Shown one piece after another: positions 51,162-60,248 of a DNA stretch of 64,000 nt. The notes below the pieces were generated by a model. That model was given only the letters and a program-made list of their open reading frames with translations, was not told where the DNA came from and made no database searches. The position numbers were made by a program, and so were the translations under genes. The stretch is from positions 672,001-736,000 of the forward strand of contig OZ244651.1 of assembly GCA_965218695.1 (NCBI GenBank). The letters are read 5' to 3'. This DNA is from Nitrosopumilus sp. Its GTDB lineage: Archaea > Thermoproteota > Nitrososphaeria > Nitrososphaerales > Nitrosopumilaceae. The first letter of the stretch is position 1. Every line of letters starts with the position of its first letter.

Positions 51162-52687
51162 GTAAGTGTTCACGTGGTTTAACTCATTTTTAGGCGTATT
51201 TTGCAATCTCCGCCAAGTAATCCAATTTCTTGTTTTTCCATGTCATTACACATGAAAAGAAATTCGCCATCCACGTCATCGTCTCCTCTGCCCTTATGCT
51301 GCCCCGTATTTTTCTGTGCACGACTATCTCGCGCAACCCGCGTTCTGCAGCATTGTTTGTAGGCGGGATCTTTGGGTTCAGCACGAACCGGAACAGGTCG
51401 CTGCCAGCATTGCTGATCTTGACCATGAATTTTTCCAATATTGGATCGTCGGCGTACCTTGCAACGATCTTTTCGATGCATGACGTCAGCATGGCAGACG
51501 CGTTGTCCCGGAGAGAGCGCGAGCGTTTCCTGCTTGCCCTTCTGGCATAATCATAGATTATGCGCAGGTGCTTCAGGACGTTGCGCGCGCCTGGGCAGTC
51601 CGGATTGCGGTTGCAGATGTCCCTGGCCTCGCGTATTATGTGCGACCAGCAGCGCTGGACGCGGTATTTTCCGTACGCCGTCCAGCCGTCGCACACTAAC
51701 GTGCCGTCCCAACCCCCAAGCGCTTCTTTCAGAACCTTTGCCCCCCGGCTGTCCCGTATCACGTACAGCGCGTGCCCGGTCAGCGGATCGTGCAGTATCC
51801 ACACCCAGACGTTGCGGCCGTTTAGGTGAATCGATGTCTCGTCGGCGTGCAGTATCTTGGCCTTGCGTATCATGGCGGCAATGGCTGCCGCAGGGGCGCC
51901 CAGCGACGTTCCCAGCCTGCGCATTATGTTGTGCGCCGTGCCCGAGGAGAGTGTAATTCCGTACCGCGACATGCGGTCTGCGATCATCCTAAACGGCATG
52001 CGACACACGTAATCGTCTGCAACATCAGTCGTTATGCTCGGATCGTAGCTGCCCTTGTCTGGAAGGCCGGTCTCGGGCTTGATGTCCACCAGACCGCAGG
52101 AGCAGCGACACGTGTTTATGGTGTGGCGCGTGGTGATGACCTTTATCGTGCGCTCCACCTTGGTAATGTCGCGTTTTTCTGACTGCACTATGGAAAGGCT
52201 ACCCGAGCCGCATTCGGGGCAGGCCTCCGGGGTGTGTTCCTCAAACTCGGTGGGTTTTGGCTTGCGGGTGCGGCCCATGTGGCCTTTTTGCCCCCCGCGC
52301 GACTTCCCGCTGCCGGCCGCATCCACGCGGTCCTTTTGATCCCGGGAGGCTTTTGTGGATTTATTGTAGGCATTCTTTTCGTCGCCTTTTCCCTTTGTGT
52401 CAGGCCATCCGGGCCCCCTTTTTTGTGATGACGGGGTGTTGTAATTGTCATGCCGCACCAGCCTGCGCTTAAGATCAGCAACTGCCAGATTCAATTCCTC
52501 AATTATCTGCCCTTGCATCTCAATCGTCTGCTTGAGCTTGATGTTCTCAGTCTTGAGATCCGTGTACATCTTTTTGAGTTCAGCCTGGCTTTTCACATCG
52601 GGTTTGGATTACCATCCTATTTGGATCTGTGGTTTGCACAAAATTTACCCAAGAGTGAACTGAATTAGGCACGACGTGAACACTTAC
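51162..52687 (-). mobile_element. IS66 single-ORF element type b, copy 1 (1526 bp)
   Basis: 14-bp TIR gtaagtgttcacgt and 8-bp TSD gttctttg (51154-61 and 52688-95). Confidence 0.95.
51190..52596 (-). CDS. IS66 family transposase
   Basis: NTPSS, GGQKGH.G, CPECG, HADET, CDGW..Y, QRCWSH and PTNNAAERGLR. Confidence 0.95.
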   Translation of the reverse strand: MKSQAELKKMYTDLKTENIKLKQTIEMQGQIIEELNLAVADLKRRLVRHDNYNTPSSQKRGPGWPDTKGKGDEKNAYNKSTKASRDQKDRVDAAGSGKSRGGQKGHMGRTRKPKPTEFEEHTPEACPECGSGSLSIVQSEKRDITKVERTIKVITTRHTINTCRCSCGLVDIKPETGLPDKGSYDPSITTDVADDYVCRMPFRMIADRMSRYGITLSSGTAHNIMRRLGTSLGAPAAAIAAMIRKAKILHADETSIHLNGRNVWVWILHDPLTGHALYVIRDSRGAKVLKEALGGWDGTLVCDGWTAYGKYRVQRCWSHIIREARDICNRNPDCPGARNVLKHLRIIYDYARRASRKRSRSLRDNASAMLTSCIEKIVARYADDPILEKFMVKISNAGSDLFRFVLNPKIPPTNNAAERGLREIVVHRKIRGSIRAEETMTWMANFFSCVMTWKNKKLDYLAEIAKYA

Positions 52688-52821
52688 GTTCTTTGTATCT
52701 GGATTTGCCTTCAGATATGTGCCTGCCATGAAAAATTCCTTCGTGCTTGAATAGAAAATATGCGTAATCCGGAACTTTTTCAAACTCCGCGCTGACATGT
52801 TAGCCCTGCTGTCAAAAATTT

Positions 52822-54075
52822 ATGATCCATCCAATTAAAACCAGAATATGCCGGTTCATACTGTTGTCGAATCAGGAAACAAGTGACCTGCAAAAAGAGA
52901 ACAAGGCTCTCAGATACATGATCAAGCGCCAGGACGCTGACATCAAGCGCCAGGACGCTGACATCAAGCGCCAGGACGCTGACATCAAGCGCTTGGAGGC
53001 AGCCGCCAAGCACGAGCAAAGCCTGTGGAGCACGCGGGACGGCTCCGAGTCCGGAGCCGCAGGGGAGCCCGCCCTGCTGCACCGCGTGGAGGTGTTTGAC
53101 GACGTCATCGGCGTCGGGAAGAAGCTTCATGACGCGACGCTGAAGGGCAGGGGGCAATTCCAGTACATACTTGACAGGGCCGAGGCATGGATAAGACAAA
53201 GCGGCAAATCCCCGCTCTTCAGGAACGACGAGACGAGGGCGTCGGATCCCGGGAACCGCTGCAAGCTGTACCCAAGGCACGCGCTACTCATGTCACTGAT
53301 GTACAAAAAGGGCAACCCCACGCAGGGCGCGCTTGCGGCATTCTTTGGAATAGACCAGGCGACCGTGTCCAGGTACATCGACGTCATGGACGCGGTACTC
53401 GAGGCGGTGCTGCCCACCGCTGCCAACATCTCAAAGGAGATAGAGGACACGGAGACAAAAGAGGATCTCAAAAAAATAATTTCCGGGCCTGACGGGGGCA
53501 TCATGATGATCGACGGCACGCACTGCCCCATACAGAGGCCGGACGAAAAACAGATGAGGAGCATGATGTATTCGGGCAAGAAGAAGAAATTCACGCTCAA
53601 CACCACAGTCTGCATAAATGAAAACGGGGTGATAGTTGCCATATCCGGCAGCACCGTGGGATCCGTCCACGACATTACGCTGCTCAGGGAGAGCCCGCTG
53701 CCGTTTGGAAAATGGTGGGACCGCATGTGCGACGAGGACACCCCCGAAGAGGACAGGATCCACACCCTTACTGACCGCGGCTACAAGGGAATCGCAAAGG
53801 ATCTGCCCGGCACAAACACCCTGCAGCCGCACAAGAAGACCAAGAACCACAAGCGCTTTACAAAGGAGGAAAAGGAGCACAACCACGCCGTCAACTCGGC
53901 CAGGGTAAAGGTGGAGCACTCCATCGGCAGGCTGAAGCGGTACGGCCGGCTTACCGCGCCATACAAGGGAAAGATTGGCGACTTTAACAGGGAATTTAAC
54001 ATAATAACCGGACTCGTAAACCTGGACCTCCTGTGGAACCAGAGTAAGTGTTCACGTGGTTTAACTCATTTTTAG
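52822..54075 (+). CDS. ISL2-like transposase whose C-terminal tail is truncated by the IS66
   Basis: Nearly identical to 49581-50894 up to LWNQ. The remainder resumes at 55578. Confidence 0.9.
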   Translation: MIHPIKTRICRFILLSNQETSDLQKENKALRYMIKRQDADIKRQDADIKRQDADIKRLEAAAKHEQSLWSTRDGSESGAAGEPALLHRVEVFDDVIGVGKKLHDATLKGRGQFQYILDRAEAWIRQSGKSPLFRNDETRASDPGNRCKLYPRHALLMSLMYKKGNPTQGALAAFFGIDQATVSRYIDVMDAVLEAVLPTAANISKEIEDTETKEDLKKIISGPDGGIMMIDGTHCPIQRPDEKQMRSMMYSGKKKKFTLNTTVCINENGVIVAISGSTVGSVHDITLLRESPLPFGKWWDRMCDEDTPEEDRIHTLTDRGYKGIAKDLPGTNTLQPHKKTKNHKRFTKEEKEHNHAVNSARVKVEHSIGRLKRYGRLTAPYKGKIGDFNREFNIITGLVNLDLLWNQSKCSRGLTHF

Positions 54076-55569
54076 GCGTATTTTGCAATCTCCGCCAAGT
54101 AATCCAATTTCTTGTTTTTCCATGTCATTACACATGAAAAGAAATTCGCCATCCACGTCATCGTCTCCTCTGCCCTTATGCTGCCCCGTATTTTTCTGTG
54201 CACGACTATCTCGCGCAACCCGCGTTCTGCAGCATTGTTTGTAGGCGGGATCTTTGGGTTCAGCACGAACCGGAACAGGTCGCTGCCAGCATTGCTGATC
54301 TTGACCATGAATTTTTCCAATATTGGATCGTCGGCGTACCTTGCAACGATCTTTTCGATGCATGACGTCAGCATGGCAGACGCGTTGTCCCGGAGAGAGC
54401 GCGAGCGTTTCCTGCTTGCCCTTCTGGCATAATCATAGATTATGCGCAGGTGCTTCAGGACGTTGCGCGCGCCTGGGCAGTCCGGATTGCGGTTGCAGAT
54501 GTCCCTGGCCTCGCGTATTATGTGCGACCAGCAGCGCTGGACGCGGTATTTTCCGTACGCCGTCCAGCCGTCGCACACTAACGTGCCGTCCCAACCCCCA
54601 AGCGCTTCTTTCAGAACCTTTGCCCCCCGGCTGTCCCGTATCACGTACAGCGCGTGCCCGGTCAGCGGATCGTGCAGTATCCACACCCAGACGTTGCGGC
54701 CGTTTAGGTGAATCGATGTCTCGTCGGCGTGCAGTATCTTGGCCTTGCGTATCATGGCGGCAATGGCTGCCGCAGGGGCGCCCAGCGACGTTCCCAGCCT
54801 GCGCATTATGTTGTGCGCCGTGCCCGAGGAGAGTGTAATTCCGTACCGCGACATGCGGTCTGCGATCATCCTAAACGGCATGCGACACACGTAATCGTCT
54901 GCAACATCAGTCGTTATGCTCGGATCGTAGCTGCCCTTGTCTGGAAGGCCGGTCTCGGGCTTGATGTCCACCAGACCGCAGGAGCAGCGACACGTGTTTA
55001 TGGTGTGGCGCGTGGTGATGACCTTTATCGTGCGCTCCACCCTGGTAATGTCGCGTTTTTCTGACTGCACTATGGAAAGGCTACCCGAGCCGCATTCGGG
55101 GCAGGCCTCCGGGGTGTGTTCCTCAAACTCGGTGGGTTTTGGCTTGCGGGTGCGGCCCATGTGGCCTTTTTGCCCCCCGCGCGACTTCCCGCTGCCGGCC
55201 GCATCCACGCGGTCCTTTTGATCCCGGGAGGCTTTTGTGGATTTATTGTAGGCATTCTTTTCGTCGCCTTTTCCCTTTGTGTCAGGCCATCCGGGCCCCC
55301 TTTTTTGTGATGACGGGGTGTTGTAATTGTCATGCCGCACCAGCCTGCGCTTAAGATCAGCAACTGCCAGATTCAATTCCTCAATTATCTGCCCTTGCAT
55401 CTCAATCGTCTGCTTGAGCTTGATGTTCTCAGTCTTGAGATCCGTGTACATCTTTTTGAGTTCAGCCTGGCTTTTCACATCGGGTTTGGATTACCATCCT
55501 ATTTGGATCTGTGGTTTGCACAAAATTTACCCAAGAGTGAACTGAATTAGGCACGACGTGAACACTTAC
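54044..55569 (-). mobile_element. IS66 single-ORF element type b, copy 2
   Basis: Same TIR as copy 1; TSD gaaccaga (54036-43 and 55570-77). Confidence 0.95.
54072..55478 (-). CDS. IS66 family transposase (one K/R difference from copy 1)
   Basis: Translation matches 51190-52596 except DITRVE vs DITKVE. Confidence 0.95.
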   Translation of the reverse strand: MKSQAELKKMYTDLKTENIKLKQTIEMQGQIIEELNLAVADLKRRLVRHDNYNTPSSQKRGPGWPDTKGKGDEKNAYNKSTKASRDQKDRVDAAGSGKSRGGQKGHMGRTRKPKPTEFEEHTPEACPECGSGSLSIVQSEKRDITRVERTIKVITTRHTINTCRCSCGLVDIKPETGLPDKGSYDPSITTDVADDYVCRMPFRMIADRMSRYGITLSSGTAHNIMRRLGTSLGAPAAAIAAMIRKAKILHADETSIHLNGRNVWVWILHDPLTGHALYVIRDSRGAKVLKEALGGWDGTLVCDGWTAYGKYRVQRCWSHIIREARDICNRNPDCPGARNVLKHLRIIYDYARRASRKRSRSLRDNASAMLTSCIEKIVARYADDPILEKFMVKISNAGSDLFRFVLNPKIPPTNNAAERGLREIVVHRKIRGSIRAEETMTWMANFFSCVMTWKNKKLDYLAEIAKYA

Positions 55570-57242
55570 GAACCAGATGAAGAAAGGACCTCCTTCAGGT
55601 AGCACGCTGGGGCCGGTAATAAACTGGGAAGAGGCAAACGTCCCCGGCAGCGCCGTTTCAAACAATTAATTCCGTGCACATCGTGGTGCTGCAAGGTTGC
55701 GCACGTTATTTTGTATTTCTGGCAGGACAGGATCCCCACATGGCTAACATGGCGAGAATTAAATCAGAATTTTTAATATTTTCTGGGTTTTTCTGGTTTA
55801 ACCCAACGAAATGGAGGGATTACGCATGGCTTCTAATACATAAATCTTGTAGATCCCCGAGTCTGCAAGTGGTTTGAATGAATGACATCTGCCTCTTTCA
55901 TCGGGATCATTTCCGAAAATGATTCTTTTCTGTACGTGACTGGATCAAAAAATTCAATCTTTACCGTGGGAGAAAGCGGAATGCACATCTCTATCCCAAT
56001 TGAAAGGAGTCCCAGATTGCCCCCTGAAAACTGTCCAAACTCGTTGTGCAGACTCGCAGGATTATCTGAAGTCCATAGCGGGATTTTTGTAGCGTTTGAA
56101 AGAACCATGACCCCCATCTGACCTAGCACTTTTGCAATTAAGCCAAATGATTCCATTATGCCAAGATGCATTCCAGTTTTGCCTTCTTTAGTAAGTCTCA
56201 TTTTCCAGTCGGTAACCCCTTCAGATTTTGCAATTTCATCCAAAAGTTTTTGAAATGTCTGTTCTGCCCTCGTTTTTCTTTCTAACGTTCTAAGATACTG
56301 CAATGCAACAAAAGAACGAAAATCGTTTTTTTCTTTTTCAGAAATCTTGGAATAGTTTAGCGTCTCGATGATTTTTTAAATCACGACACTTGCGTTTCCC
56401 TCCAGTCTGCTCATCGCGGTTTCCATTGGATGTGATTTGTTTTTACCAGCATGTCCGTAGAAATCTTTTTTTAATGCAAGATTTGCAGGATTGGCTCCTT
56501 TTACTTTTCCGGATGTTTTGTCATAATAGTAGATTTTATCACCAAAATTTCTCAGATAAAACCGGGGTACAAAATGGGATCGTATTGTCAACGCGCGATC
56601 TCCACCGGCATGGTCTTGTAGTGTGTTTTTTAGGTATAAGTAATTAAGCAGTGTTCTTTTGTGATTTTACTAGTCCATCTGAATTCAAATACAAGATCTG
56701 TTGCTTAGGCTTATCAGGTAAGAAATTCTTGGGCAGGCACTACAGAACAGTGCCCAAAAACGAGACTAATGATTGGGTTTGATCTCCAGTCTCACGTACT
56801 GCTGCCAGTCTTTCTGTAAATCTACCCACTCTTTGTTCTGATGTTTTGTAGTCCCTCCCCTTCTTCTGGAAACGACTCAAGATAGCTATTCGCGGCACCG
56901 ACCACAATCCCTGCAAGCTCCAACTCTGTCTCAGCTTGAAGTGTGATTCCCGGAAATTCCATGCATTGTACGCTAAACTTACCCCCATCTTAACTGCACG
57001 CCGTAAAAGGGGGCTCGTTTTTCTGTTTCATGGACATGTTGGCTGGATGCAATACGAGATCAATTTTATCCTGCGGTTCTTCTGCAAGCACGGGCACTGA
57101 TTCAAGACGTCGCACTGAATGCGGTCTGGCCATTCAAGACCGCGTCGCCCCTTGGAGGGGCGGTGGCGATAAGAGGGATTGTGGCCGCATTGGAGGCCGG
57201 ACGCGCCAGGCCCCCTTTTAAAACACGCGGCACCGTTAATCC

Positions 57243-58763
57243 GTGAAGGAGAAGATCTTCAGCTCAAACTTTGCAATCACCAAACTCAAGCCGGCAGACA
57301 CTGATGCCAGGATACTCGAAGAGTATGCAGTCGGGCCGGCAAGGGTAAGCATAACGTCTGACGGTGTCTACAACGTCGTGCTGCCAAAGATCTCCGAGGG
57401 GGCAGAAAGACTCCTCCTCCGCCACATGGACGGCATATACGAAAAATTCTCCGGCGCGACCGACGAGGACCACACGGCCGTCATAGACAGGTACATAGAC
57501 GACGCCGAGATGGACGGGGACGACTTCAGGGTGTGGCAGAGGGAGCGCGAGACTATACGGTACTACCTGCATGCAGAACTTGACGGCTTCCGCAAGATAG
57601 ACGTGCTGATGAACGATCAGGAGATAGAGGACATAATATGCACCGGGTACGGCAAGGCAGTCGCCATAATCCACAAGGGGTTCTCGAACATGCGGATGCT
57701 CAAGACCAACATACGCTTTGGCACGGTGGAGGACGTAAACGAGTTCATCCAGATAATAGCGACCAGGTTCGGCAAGCCGCCGACGTTTGCCGCACCCATA
57801 ACGTACTGCTCCACGCCGGAGAACCACAGGATCACGTTTGTCGGAAAGGACAGGATATCCCCCGACGGCCCCTCCTTTGCGATAAGAAAGTTCCCCGAGT
57901 CCCCGCTGGTGGTTACCCACCTGATTGAAGACGGCGTAATCAGCCTCGAGTTTGCAGCATACGTCTGGATGCTAATAGACGCCACGCCGTTCCTGCTGAT
58001 AGTGGGCGAGACCGGCAGCGGCAAGACCACGCTGATAAACGCCCTCATGTGCCTCTCCGACCCGCGCATGCACGTCATGGTGATTGAGGATACCCGGGAG
58101 CTGAGGATGCCGCACTACTGGGCAGAGTACAACATAGCAGCAGAGGGCGGCGGCGGTCGCTCCAGGGAGGGCGATTCTGTCCACAAAGGCACGAGCGTGA
58201 TGGACCTTGTCCGCATGACTCTCCGGAAAAAACCGCATTTCGTGCTGATAGGGGAGGTTCGGGGAGAGGAGACGCGGGAGATGTTCCAGGGAGCAGTATC
58301 CGGACACGGGGCCATGACCAGCTTTCACGCAGCCGGGGTGCCAGAGACGTTTGCCCGGCTGAGATCCGAGCCGATCAACATCACCGACAACCAGCTGATG
58401 AACCTCTGGGGAGTGCTCCATGTCACCAAGCTAAAGACGCAGACCGGAACGACTGCCAGACGCATGCTGACTTATGCAGAACTGTACGTGGATAAAGACG
58501 GCGGGATACGCCACCAGACCGTCTTCGGGTACGACCACAAGACAGACACGATCATGCCGCGCAGCAACGCCGAGATCATCGGCAACAGCAGGAGGATCCA
58601 GTACGCTGCCAACAGGTTCGGGGTGCCAGACATCGCAGCCGAGCTCGACCGGCGCAAAAGACTGCTGCAGGAGTGCATCGATGCCGGCGCCTACACGGTG
58701 CAGAAGGTCTTTGGCATCACGTCTCGATGCTACGACCATGCCAGCCCCTCAGACCGCCTCTGA
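57243..58763 (+). CDS. Type II/IV secretion ATPase (FlaI/TadA/VirB11-like)
   Basis: IEDIIC.G, SFAIRKF, Walker A GETGSGKTT, IEDTREL, LRKKP..VLIGEVRGEE and SGHGAMTSFHA. Confidence 0.93.
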   Translation: MKEKIFSSNFAITKLKPADTDARILEEYAVGPARVSITSDGVYNVVLPKISEGAERLLLRHMDGIYEKFSGATDEDHTAVIDRYIDDAEMDGDDFRVWQRERETIRYYLHAELDGFRKIDVLMNDQEIEDIICTGYGKAVAIIHKGFSNMRMLKTNIRFGTVEDVNEFIQIIATRFGKPPTFAAPITYCSTPENHRITFVGKDRISPDGPSFAIRKFPESPLVVTHLIEDGVISLEFAAYVWMLIDATPFLLIVGETGSGKTTLINALMCLSDPRMHVMVIEDTRELRMPHYWAEYNIAAEGGGGRSREGDSVHKGTSVMDLVRMTLRKKPHFVLIGEVRGEETREMFQGAVSGHGAMTSFHAAGVPETFARLRSEPINITDNQLMNLWGVLHVTKLKTQTGTTARRMLTYAELYVDKDGGIRHQTVFGYDHKTDTIMPRSNAEIIGNSRRIQYAANRFGVPDIAAELDRRKRLLQECIDAGAYTVQKVFGITSRCYDHASPSDRL

Positions 58764-58859
58764 GCCAAGATTATCCCGTCATGCCTGCCCCGTGTTTTTG
58801 TGTATGTATATAATATAAAGTAATATAATGTTTATATGGATTGGTGCCGTATAACAACC

Positions 58860-59630
58860 ATGAAACGAACCAAGAAATCATACAGGGACGTCATGAGCGA
58901 TCTCCTGGAGTCGTTCAAGGGCGGCGACCTGCCTGAGGCCGTCGCAAGGACGTACATGGACTTTCCGGACGTGCCATGCGCAAGGTATTCTGTAGTGAAC
59001 AGGCTTTTGATCATGTATGCCAGGACAAGCGACGCGCGGGGGTATAGGCAGTGGGAGAAGGCGGGGCGCCGTGTCAAGAAGGGCACCAAGGCGTTTTACA
59101 TATTCGTGCCTAAAATTGTTCCCAGAAGGAACAAGGATGGAGAGGAGAATGAGAAGGAGACTACATGTACGGGGTTTGCAATGGTGCCGATGTTCAGGTT
59201 CGAGGACACCGAAGGCCAGCCGCTTCCAGAACATGCGCCGGTCACGATCCCGCCTCTCGTGGATGTGGCAAAGAAGGCGGGAATAGACGTGACGTGGGGG
59301 AGGAGCGCCGGCGGGGAATACGGATACTTTAGCCCGAGCTCGAACCAGATTAACCTGTCAAGCGAGGATCCGAAGGTGTTCTTTCACGAGCTGGTCCACG
59401 CATACGACAACAAGACTACAAAGCTCAAGGGGGGACAGGATCCGGTGCAGGAGTGCGTGGCAGAGTTCGGCGCATGCGTGCTGGCAATGGTCTTTGGGAT
59501 CTCCGTGGACAAGTCGTCTTACGACTACATCAGGTCTTACACCGGCGAGGTTCCAAACATGTGTCAGAAGGTATTGGCGCGCGTTGACGGGATAGTGAAG
59601 AGAATCCTGAAAGACCACGAGGCCGCCTAA
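58860..59630 (+). CDS. ArdC-like ssDNA-binding/antirestriction protein with an HExxH domain
   Basis: YSVVNRLLI, GYRQWEKAGRRVKKGTKA, F..EDTEG, HELVH, ECVAE and S..YI.SY. Confidence 0.8.
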   Translation: MKRTKKSYRDVMSDLLESFKGGDLPEAVARTYMDFPDVPCARYSVVNRLLIMYARTSDARGYRQWEKAGRRVKKGTKAFYIFVPKIVPRRNKDGEENEKETTCTGFAMVPMFRFEDTEGQPLPEHAPVTIPPLVDVAKKAGIDVTWGRSAGGEYGYFSPSSNQINLSSEDPKVFFHELVHAYDNKTTKLKGGQDPVQECVAEFGACVLAMVFGISVDKSSYDYIRSYTGEVPNMCQKVLARVDGIVKRILKDHEAA

Positions 59631-60044
59631 ACCCCATCTTATTTTGAGGTGTGATTTCTTTGACAAACGCCGCGGGGAGATCCTAGCGGCAGCTGTGTGT
59701 CATTCCTCTGGATCCGCAGGCTGGCGGCTTTCCAATGATAGCTCAAATTGCTCGGAGCCGTCGGATTGCCGGCGGCTCTTGATGAGTTGACAATACCTGC
59801 CAGAAGGTGCTGCTGACCATGGTCGACAAGATGGCCGGGGCGATCCTCAAAGACAACGAATCGGCTCAAGCCGCTTCTTTTTCCTTTTTTATACCGAGTA
59901 ATTTTCAAGTACGTGGACACGCATGTCTGGAAAGACAAGGGGATGGCGTCGGTGCCGGTGCTCGGCGCGGGCATGCTTGCCGTCGGGCTGGCGTTGCACT
60001 ACTACGTGGTTTGAGTTCTTATGTCGGGATTGTCTTGCCCGTTT

Positions 60045-60215
60045 ATGGAACCCAAAACGTTTGCCAGAATGTTGTTGCTCGTGGTGGCGGTGTTGGTCAT
60101 ATTGTCGGTAGCGTGGCAGGTCATTGCGCCTGCCGCGTGTAACGACCCGCCTGAGAGCCTGAAGCATGACTGGTTCGTGTTCCTGTGCGACCAGTACCGT
60201 CCTTCAACCGGGTAA
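60045..60215 (+). CDS. Small single-TM protein
   Basis: MEPKTFARMLLLVVAVLVILSVAWQVIAPAAC...LC; followed by a T-tract. Confidence 0.5.
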   Translation: MEPKTFARMLLLVVAVLVILSVAWQVIAPAACNDPPESLKHDWFVFLCDQYRPSTG

Positions 60216-60248
60216 AATCCCCTTTTATTGTATGCCATAATTCAACCC

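Larger units (their letters stand above)
52753..55834 (+). mobile_element. ISL2-like element type b, copy 2 (inverted relative to copy 1; contains a nested IS66)
   Basis: Same TIRs as copy 1; TSD aat (52750-2 and 55835-7). 3082-1526-8 = 1548 bp. Confidence 0.92.
51019..56591 (-). pseudogene. DUF4238-like protein pseudogene broken by a nonsense codon and three IS insertions
   Basis: HFVPRFYLRNF, FVALQYLRT, WTSDNP and CIPLSP. In-frame TAA at 56376-8. Fragments 55838-56591, 52696-52752 and 51019-51161 rejoin in frame. Confidence 0.8.

Noticed and set aside
52921-52992. 21-bp tandem repeat (also near 50725-50795)
   Set aside because: It encodes the IKRQDAD coiled-coil heptad inside the transposase and is not an independent element.
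49416-55834. Inversion or composite transposon bounded by the inverted ISL2-like copies
   Set aside because: Each copy has its own TSD, and the DUF4238-like frame continues across copy 2 in the present orientation. The TSDs att/aat alone could not exclude an inversion, but the gene continuity does.
59640-60020. Fragmentary hydrophobic ORFs (also 56640-57200 and 22050-22270)
   Set aside because: Probably gene remnants, but no consistent frame or family could be supported.
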